The notes under the pieces are model-generated. The model saw only the letters and a list, made by a program, of their open reading frames with translations. It was not told where the DNA came from and did not search any database. Made by a program: the position numbers and the translations under genes. A stretch of 60,907 nucleotides of DNA, counting the filler, from Sphacelaria rigidula (taxonomy: Eukaryota): NCBI GenBank assembly GCA_964200075.2. It is 6 parts of 6 records of this genome, joined end to end, with 100 filler letters (N's around TTAATTAATTAA, not from the genome) between each part and the next. Parts side by side here need not be neighbours in the genome. Positions count along the whole stretch, not along the records: positions 50,841 to 60,907 come from CAXNAA020007216.1; 5 more parts are not named here. One strand, 5' to 3'. Shown piece by piece: positions 51,803 through 60,907 of the stretch. Numbering within the stretch: the first letter of the stretch is position 1; the number at the start of each line of letters is the position of its first letter.

Positions 51803-54800
51803 CTTCAAAGAAAAAGGACAACCGTAGAAAAACATATATTCGTGCAGCGGTAGGAGACGCTGAGCTAGAACTACCCGTGTACATAACTGTCCACTGAGGA
51901 TGCCACAAAACTCATGTAGCACGCAAGTAGCACACCGAAACGCCGTATGTGTGAATTGGGGGACCGAAGCTAATATATAAAGAAGAGGACGGCTGTCGCC
52001 TACTAATTTACAAATATACTTGGGGAGCCCTAATGGTGCGAATTGCAGCAGGAGTTGCTATACGTCACCAATGATAATAAATTGTACGTATCGATGCGTA
52101 GAATCATGAAGGTGGTCGATTCGTTGCCGTTCGGCGTTGCATTTGATCAAGCATGGGTCTTCAATCGCGCCTGAATATTTCGGTTCGCGGGTCATACGGA
52201 TGAAGCGAACGTTCGCAACGACATTGTTTTCGTTGCTTTTCCTACTTGAAACTTTCGCTGGAAAATATGTACCTCTCAAGGAGCCTCATGAACGAGGCAT
52301 ACATTCAGTTTTTTTTTTCAATTTTTCGAAAAAAGGGGTTCGTTTTCCGACTCCTCCGGAGCGGACTGCGGAAAATAAGCTCCGGCGATGGATTTCAGGA
52401 AAGATCTGTCGTCAGTGTTGAAGTGATATACCGCCGGACCAGGTTAACAAATCTCCTCTCTTTTCTTCGGCGAAAATAGGCTTTCCCGAAACAATCGAAG
52501 ATTCGGAGAAGATATTACCCGTTAATAATAAACCTAAGCGTCGGTGTAAAGAATTCGTTAGCCTCACAAGATGTAACTTCAATGATCCTTCTGCAAAAGC
52601 TACCAGCCATAACTTTCCATGACCTCGCTCTTCCCCATGTGTTGTTCGGCTGCAGGGTTGCGGAGAAACGTTTGCTCTGGTGCCATGGAAGCCATCATTT
52701 CACATCATCGCTGTGGATTTGGAAAGCTACCCGTAAACCTCACGATGCGCAGAACTTGATCACTGAGTGTCCTATTCTGCACATCATGAGACCCCCGAAT
52801 GTTCAGCGGTGGTGGGCGATTCAACATCTTGTATGTAGCCTAGGCCAATCGTTTGTAGGTATTACCTTGGTGGTTTCGTCAATAGTGTGCTTGACATTTC
52901 CATGTCAAGTTGTTTTCGTCTACCCCCCTGAGCAAAAACACATCATTTTGTGGGGTCAAAATGTACTGTATGCTATACGGGAACTCCCACGCCGGGGATC
53001 GTGTCCGCCAATGTCCCCCATATGAGACGCTTCACGCAGTCTAAAGCCAGGAATCATACGCTGTATGGCCTTTTTCTTCGTGACAGGTTTGGGGCTGGTT
53101 TTCGGGGGGGGGGGGTTATCGCGGCATCACTCTCCTGTCTTGACCAAGTTCGTGCTGCCGTCACTCGCGTTTGAAGAGAGCAGCAGGAATACTCTGCAGT
53201 CGGCATACAGGTATTTGTGAAACAACAACCCTGTTCTCTTTGCGGCAAGATAAGTTTCAGCTTGCGACCATGTTTCTCACCCCGATGGATAGTTCTGCCG
53301 TACGCTGACAAGTATCGGTTGACAGTTTACTTGTGAACACTACGAAATATCCGTGCTTTTTTTTGTCGTCTTTACGCTGGAAATCGTTACGCTGACAAAA
53401 AAAATGACGGTTTTCCAAACTGTCCATTGCTTGTCATCCTGATTGGTATCAAGATATTACTATAACTATTGATGAAATGTTCTTTCTTCTCTTCCTTACA
53501 GCTAGTCGCACAGTGGCCCGTGTCTCGGCCCCATCATGGAGGGATACATGGAAGGATACGTGAGGATTGGGGGATCCTATGAGGGTGTTCGGTTTCTCGA
53601 GTCGGCGTCATGTTGCACCTTTTGTTGAGTTGAAGAATATTTTTTTGACAATAGAGTATTGAGTATCATCTGGGTCGCTGACATGTTCTGAGCGGGCGTT
53701 GAAGGACATACATTTGTTTCACGCACCTGCACGTCGTCGTTGGTCTTCCTGAGAGTCTTGAGACCGTTGGCGAGGCGCGAGATGTTGCTGCCCAGCTCTC
53801 CCCGCTTGGCCCGCAGCAATTCTTTGTAAAAGTCGATTAGCTCCAGGAAACTCTTGGGGGTTGTGTAGTTGTGCCTGCCCTCTTCTACCAGATACTTATG
53901 TGATACCTGAAGCATTGACGCAGGTATATCCCAAGGTTGTGGGGGTGAGTACGGCTTCCAAAGGCACACGCTACTATGCCCATTTAATACGACATACGTT
54001 CTAATACACCCGTCTCGACCTGCCAACGCTACATCACAGGGCCATCGCACAGGCCGCTTACTCTGCCGATACGCTTTGTCTTACACAACTCGATGCAAAA
54101 CTCCTGAATTTCCGCTTTTGCCAGACGCCCTCTGAACAGTTGCACGTTTCGACCGTCTTCCGCTCGACACGAAATAACCCGGCAACCCAAGTCAAACCAC
54201 GTTCTCTCCACGGGAGTCGAATTGTCGCCGCTTAAATCGGATGTGTAACATGATAAAAGGAATCTGCGCGAAAATCTAGTTTTGCATGCTTCCGATCTAT
54301 GTCGACCAAATATCTGAGGTGTCATGCTTCATGAACGCTTCCACGCTGTGAACGGACGGACCGGTAACAGATACGCCAATGATCTTTCGAAAACGGGAAT
54401 GGACTGAGATACGTTCCAGATCGGTCAGAACGCCCCGGGTACGAAACGTATAATCAAAAACAAGCGCCGAACGGTAAAGAAGAAGCGACGGGGTGGGGAC
54501 CCCGGGACGCAGCATTCCTGCCGTCTACCTACCGAGGTGGTTCAGAAAGCGGCTCCGTACTGACAAACCAATCTATTGGCAAATGAACCCCTCCCATGGA
54601 AATCTCCTTGACACTGCGTCACAGGGAATTCGGGAACCAACGCGCCCCCTGTGAAGGTAGATTTTGCATGTACAACTCCAGACACGCGATGCACAACTTA
54701 ATACACTCTGTGCCTATGAATCTGGGATTGCCAACTTTCTTCAGACCCTCACCTCGTTAACTGAACCGTGCACCTCCGCCATGTGATGCGCGATGTTCTC

Positions 54801-57800
54801 TAACATCTGCAAGGTACAGACAAAAGCGAGGATAAATCGTGAGCTGTCTAGAGGAAATGGAGAATCACGAGCCGGCACGTGATGAAAACTGTTCCAGCAC
54901 ATGTTAACCACCAGTGCTTCGGGTCGTATTAGACTTACGCCTTACGCTCTTGTAGGAGCAGGAGTAGCGATAGCGCTAGTGTTTGGATGAGGAAGCACCA
55001 TTGATGTCGCTGAGATTATGTCTCCCACAACGCTAAGAGAAGGTTTGATAGGTATTGGGGTTTAGCCTTGTACTTGGTGGGCAGGGTTACGGCTATGGTA
55101 AGGAGCACCGATGCTGTCGGGACTAGGCAGTCCAGGAGGTTGGGATAGAGCTCCGGTAAGGTCCACCTCTACCTGGGGTAAGGGATCGGGTTAGAACCTA
55201 GCCTTGAGTACATACTGTGGCCTCGCAAAAATACTGGTTCTGATATGTACAGTGAATGGAAGATATTCAAGCGGAGCACCAGTGCCGTAGCCGAGGTTAG
55301 GGCTAGGGTTAGGGGCATACCTCGACGTCGCCGAGCTTCATGTCCTCCAGAAACCAGATTGACACCTTGACGAGGGCGTCTCGAGGCCAGGGTCGAAACC
55401 AATTGATCTGGGTCCAGTTAATGAGGCCAGGGAATCGCCGGCATCGCGTCCGGAAGACATCCCCGACGGGGGAGAAGCATAGAACCACGTGCAGATTCGC
55501 CCGGACCCTGTTTGTTGGTGATCGTCATGCACAAACGGCCACAAAAACGATTACTATGTTCAAAGCGCAAGCCGGCTGGGCGGCTGAATACGCTCCAAGT
55601 GCGGCTTCGACGAATGAATGGCGTACATTCAATGCCTTTACCGCGGCCGCCAGGTTCTTCGTTTTTCATGTCTTATGTGTGTGGGGGGGTTTAGCCTTGC
55701 TATGTACGCCGTATTTTCTAGCAGTTTCCGCTCGACGCACAAAGTCAAGACTGCGCACGATACGCCATTCCTGCTGAATCACACGGTCCAGCGATCATTG
55801 CGTACGTTAATAGATCGGAACGACGTTATTCCCACCGGCTCCTAGGCGTTTGTGTCGCGTGCAATACGGTATTTTGTAAGAAGCGTTGGACTTGCAAAAC
55901 CCATCAACATCGACACTAGGAATATTTTTCTGAAGGTGAAACAAACGACGAGATACCGCCAAAGTTGTGAGTTTTCGTCAAATACGGAAACACAGGCCCT
56001 ACCAAAGTGTTTTGCGCGACAGTCACCTTTCCACGAAGAAGTGCATAAGGCTGTCCCTGACGTCTGGAACCCCGGCGGATTTCGCGGCGACGCGAATAGC
56101 CTGGAATATCGCGTCGTACTCATCCTTAGAAAAGAGATCCGGTATCACTCCCGAAGTGAGAAGGTCGTTGACGTAAACCAGGAACCTCTCGTCCACGATC
56201 TGCGCCCGACGATATGCACGAGGAAACGTATGTCTGAAACAGCCGTAACCTCATGCCAAGAACCACGGCATGTAGTCGGGCTCGCGACGATCTGATGACT
56301 GATAAGGGCAGTTCGTCATGAACACGTACATCTCCGAACGCTCTTCCTGTGCTGTCGTTACCTGAGAATCAGTCAACATAAACACAATTGGTATGGCAGG
56401 CTTGACCCCCGCTTTCCGATACAGGTCCTTGAGTTCGGTGCGGAGATCTGCCAGACCATAGTCGCTCGTCACTGAGATCTCCGAGACCTGCGCCATTCCA
56501 GCAAAGTATTTCAACGGTGGCGTAAAAAATAACGCGTTTAACGGAATTGCTCAGCCCAGAATGGCGCTAAGAGACTACTCTCAGCGGTAGCCATGGCGCC
56601 GGGGGATGGTACAGTACTATAGGCAGGGAGGGCGGCGACTTTTTCCAAGACTGTGGAGAAACAGCGTTGTGCTCTGGTGCGAAAATCAAGCACTGTGATA
56701 TCCGCCGCATAGATGAACGAATCGACGACCGAGCGGGAACATGGTTCAACAGTGTATCATGACGCATCATGTTGTGGCGGGGCTTGCATGCGTCTCTCCT
56801 GCTACATCCGTGTCCGTATCTCCAACCAAGACGAACCGTCTCCTTTCCGAAGTATGAGCTTACGCAAAGAACGACATCCCGACGTGCACATTTTGCAGTA
56901 TGCTGCGAAATCTCTCGTCTATGAAAAACGCGCACGAAATCACATCAATGAGTTCTACTGGGTAGATCAAGCACCCGATAAAAGCAGGTAGACGGCACCA
57001 AACTTCTCAGCGAACGCCTACTGTTCCCTACCTCTACTAGCATCGGTCGATCGCACCTCACAGTCGGATATGAAGGCGGCTAGTTTGCAGAGAGTTTGTT
57101 TGCCCGAACCACCGACGCCGAGGAGCAACGCATTTCCGCGTGGAAACTGTCCCAAACACGAAACGATCCCAACGTGGAGGCACATAACAAGCGATAGAAA
57201 ATACTTCGATGGGACAGCATCAAAACGGGTTCCAAGGGTAATGCCTAAGAACCAGCTGTTTTACACGTATGCGCCGCACAGTGTTTCCCATATATACTAC
57301 GCTCCGTACGCGGATTCTCACGGATATTCAAATGATATGGTGACGCGGTATATCCCCTGGCGTCTCAGTATAACAACCAGCCGCGAAAGGCCGCGTCCGG
57401 AATGAACAGACATGAGTCTCAAGTTGAGTGTGGAATTTATTGGCCCCACATTGATTGAACAGCGCTGCGCTCACGCCTCAGGATCATCAAAAACCTCAGT
57501 GGGTGCTATTTCTGCTCACAACATTATTGCAGTGAATTTCGTCAGGGGTTAATGGAAACCGGTGACTTCATGACTGACGAGCGGTATGCGCAGCTCACTA
57601 CGTGCAGCACTCCATTTCTTAACGGCATTCCGCATGCTCAACATCATCTACCGTGCAGTGCAGCTGCGTTGATGCAGCGTCGGGCTGTGCGTGCGCCGAA
57701 GTTCATAGATCACTGCCCAGTACTGATTCCCAAGGGGTATGCATTCTAACAGTAGAGAAGATGACATGCACAAAATACTGGTCGTGCAAGTTTCCGTCTA

Positions 57801-60584
57801 CCGCCAAAGAATCAAGGGGAGGGGCGTACTCAGGTGTTGCTTGCCTTAGTCGTTTGACCATTGACCACGCATCCCTTGCGAGGAGAAGAAAAATATAGGG
57901 TGGGGGGGTACATGAACAGTCTGCAAAAGACTGACAAGAGTGGAGAGGAACGCAACGTCTGCATAATAACCCGTATTATGGTGTGGACAGTCAAATTTTC
58001 CCTTAACTAGGCACACAAGTATCCCCCTTCTCGCGTGCTGTATGAAGACTACATCTATAGTCACGGCAAGGAGCAAGCTTAGGCAATCTTACGGTCCATG
58101 TTGTGGTGAAGAATGTCATCAAGCTAGCGTGAAATGCTACATTGCTACATGTGAAGCGCGACCAATGCCGCCGAAGTAACATGAGTAAAAAGGAAGGAGA
58201 AATCAAGTAAAATATTTCCTTTCGTGGGAATGCTCATTAGAAAATTCAGCATTTTGTTTCCTGGGGTTCGCATCACCTGCAATATCCTGCTGATCCTCGA
58301 AACGTGGTGCATCGCTTGCTCGAACAGGACAAGGTTCATGATGGCGTGTGTCTCGTTGTATTCCTGGGAGGTGTTCGGACGTGACAACATACCCTTTTCG
58401 GATCACTTGATATCTACGTCCGCGTTCGTTGTTCTCATCAGGTAGCAAGCAGCTTCATTTGGTATCGACGACGTTTCTTTTTGCCTACAGGATTTCTGCT
58501 CGCGAAGAGGTGGTGAATGGTTACGTTTCTGTCCACAAACAGTATGATCGCGCAAAAAGAGCTTCTCTTCAGAGGGGGGGGTATCGTCTACATTTTTCAG
58601 TCCAACTAAACGACGCTCACGAGAGAGCCGAATTGCTGTACCCACCACGTGGTGCTACGACGAGCGCACGGCGGCACATGTCAACATCTCCGGTCTCGAG
58701 AACCCCAGCTTTCAAGCGGCAACCGAATGAACGGGGGGGAAGAACGAAATGTAGTAGGTGGAGCAGTTTGTACTCTAGGATATTCAAGCAACTGATGACT
58801 TCGAATTCCTTCTCGGCAGCAGTTCGCCAAAAGGCTCATATCCTCTATCATCTCCGTGTCCACTTTTTGTGTTGCGCTTACCTTTATCCTGTCCTCCAAG
58901 TTCGCTTTGAGCAAATTCATTGAAGGCACCGGTAGGTATTCCGCGGGACCATCCTCGTTTGCCGGCGGCACTGCGAACGTTGTGAAAATATTCGGTTCTG
59001 GGGAGTCCGGTTGTGCCTGTTGGAACAGGAAATGTAAATAATAAAACCCAAACCCGGCCAGAAAACTCGTTCAGCTGAGTAGCATAAGCAGTCTCAATAG
59101 TCGCGTCTGACGACACCGTGTTCTATGCTTGTTTAGGGTGAAATTTAAAGCGTGGATGTTGAGAAAAGGGCGTGCGTGGCGCTCGCGGGAAGACTGGGAT
59201 TTTCCTTGACGCCGCCCAGTAGAACGGCAATCGTGGGAGATAGCCCGGAATTAGTCTATTGTTCTTGAATGTGCCGAGACGTCTTCGATGAAGGAAGATG
59301 CCCTGCTCACGTGTACAGCGATAGTCTTCACGACTCCGGTCGGCACGAATCTAGTTACACATGGAGCTTACGAAACCTCGTGTACAACATTCAGTTCTCG
59401 TGGCGGCTTGACCTTTTCCCCCGCATGTCTGAAAGACTACGTTCGCGGTTTTTGCTAGACGCCCTCCGCGACTACACACCCACGCCACAGACTGAGGGCA
59501 ACTTTTTCGCGTTCAGCACTTTTTGGTCGTGGTCGGTTTTTGAACCATTTCCTTGCACACTTGAAACCCTTACGGGGGCTCAGCTCCAACAGGTCATCCT
59601 TGACGGTAGACCCATGTCAAGGTTCGAGTTCTTCGTGACACTGTGCGTAATACTCATCTGTACAGCCTGAGATTCCACACCGGAAAACCGACCTGCGCCC
59701 TTGCTTGAACCGAAACTCAAGCCCTAAGCCTAACCTCAATGCGCGACATAAAACTCACGTCGAGATTGAGATTTTTCTTGGCAACATCCAGGATAACTTC
59801 CTCGAAAGCCTTGACTTCTACGTCCGACAGTAGCCGGTCCGAGTAGACACGCTCGCACTCGTGCCTCCACAGTCGGCCCAGCCAGTCTCGTGAGGTGCAG
59901 CTGCCAGCACTCGACATGCATATTCCCTGCGAAGGCATACCGACAGATGATAATTGAATAACAATTAATATCAGCGAAATCATGATGTCATGAATCTAAT
60001 CGTGGACAATGGTATTCACATACAGCCAGTGCAGGGACCGATACCCCCATAATTCTCTTCAAGATAGTAATCGCGGGGTGTCATTCAACTCTGTTTCCAC
60101 ATGCTGAACAGACAGTATCATGATTCATTTCGCTCTGATGCCCCCACTTCGGACGCGCATGAGAACTACAGCACGTTGACTGGACCTTCCAGTGATCAAC
60201 AAACACACCGACACATTCATGTTCACGCCCAAGGGTTCCTCGACGAAAGGGTGCGAACAATGTGAAATCACTCGCCCTTTAGACCGAATACCTGAGCAAA
60301 TGTGTGTTATGACCCAATAAAGTGGAATATCAGATCCCGTTGAGAAAAACAAGGGAGAATCGCGAGTTGTAACTAACGACCCGCTGTTCGATCCAGCTAG
60401 TCACCTGAAAGATGCAGGAAACATCCCGCAAGTTGAAGCTGTAGTAAAATTTCACGGCCGTGGGCAAGAACTTGGTGCAGACGGTGCGGTGCAAAGCTAT
60501 TGTAGCATCGACGATGAGAGGTCCGAAACGTCGGATCTCCGGTAAAAACGAGGCAAGATGCCATGCCATGATAGCACCGTATAT
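51689..60584 (-). CDS. axonemal dynein heavy chain, probably outer-arm beta-type; partial gene (end of AAA3, AAA4, start of stalk), 11 exons
   Basis: all exons AG/GT-bounded and phase-consistent; motifs [62 protein letters not shown]. Confidence 0.96.
53727..53906 (-). CDS. dynein heavy chain exon
   Basis: [27 protein letters not shown]...[17 protein letters not shown]. Confidence 0.94.
54753..54806 (-). CDS. dynein heavy chain exon
   Basis: [18 protein letters not shown]. Confidence 0.88.
55321..55507 (-). CDS. dynein heavy chain exon
   Basis: [30 protein letters not shown]...[23 protein letters not shown]. Confidence 0.93.
56027..56199 (-). CDS. dynein heavy chain exon
   Basis: [23 protein letters not shown]...HFFVE. 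Confidence 0.93.
56362..56487 (-). CDS. dynein heavy chain exon
   Basis: [29 protein letters not shown]...FMLTDSQ. Confidence 0.93.
57057..57146 (-). CDS. dynein heavy chain exon (AAA4 P-loop)
   Basis: [30 protein letters not shown]. Confidence 0.95.
58277..58363 (-). CDS. dynein heavy chain exon
   Basis: [29 protein letters not shown]. Confidence 0.93.
58882..59016 (-). CDS. dynein heavy chain exon
   Basis: [14 protein letters not shown]...[19 protein letters not shown]. Confidence 0.88.
59759..59926 (-). CDS. dynein heavy chain exon
   Basis: GICMS...[14 protein letters not shown]...NLNLD. Confidence 0.93.
60405..60584 (-). CDS. dynein heavy chain exon
   Basis: [13 protein letters not shown]...[11 protein letters not shown]. 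Confidence 0.93.
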
Positions 60585-60907
60585 CTGTCATTTTTGCGAT
60601 GGGGGGAAGGTGAACGCGTCGGCAGAGTTTCGAGGAGGAAGTCATGCATCACAGAAGATAAATCCTCGGATACAGGTGATCGGCAAAAACATCTTGAATA
60701 ATCATATGCTCTGCACCGCCGGATAGATGATACCTGTAAAATCGGGAAAATCTATCTTATTCTGTCGGACCCTAACGGAAAGTTTACGTTCAAAACTTGT
60801 GAGAAACAAAGAGGTGAGTTTACCACTCGGTAGTTCCTGGTTCTTGTCCCTTAGTATTTTCTCTCTTCCTTTTTTTCGGTGTACACTTCTGACAGATCTG
60901 GCGTTTG

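Noticed and set aside
29256-60584. Flagellar gene cluster (CCP deglutamylase plus dynein)
   Set aside because: The genes lie on different, artificially joined contigs.

Overview
Eukaryotic nuclear DNA, most likely a brown alga (Phaeophyceae; inferred from intron-rich genes, flagellar genes, TTAGGG repeats and the repeat families). The window is not one locus. Five identical 100-bp spacers (44 N + TTAATTAATTAA + 44 N) join six segments of 10069, 10069, 10068, 10067, 10067 and 10067 bp, i.e. unplaced contigs sorted by length. Contig 1: nested MITEs and decayed Ty1/copia gag and RT-RNaseH. Contig 2: four exons of an ABHD/YheT-type alpha/beta hydrolase and a first exon resembling an organelle-targeted inositol monophosphatase. 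Contig 3: SINE, minisatellites, a piggyBac-like relic and cytosolic carboxypeptidase (CCP/AGBL) exons. Contig 4 is the most unusual: about 9.85 kb between two 280-bp inverted repeats. It holds a spliced gene, absent from the ORF track as a unit, that reads ParB/Srx-like domain - HTH-like segment - SET domain, plus a perfect 98-bp palindrome and a second unknown spliced gene. Contig 5: a defective chromodomain Ty3/gypsy element with both LTRs, next to an older integrase relic. Contig 6: eleven phase-consistent exons of an axonemal dynein heavy chain. All homology calls are by motif recognition only; no searches were run.
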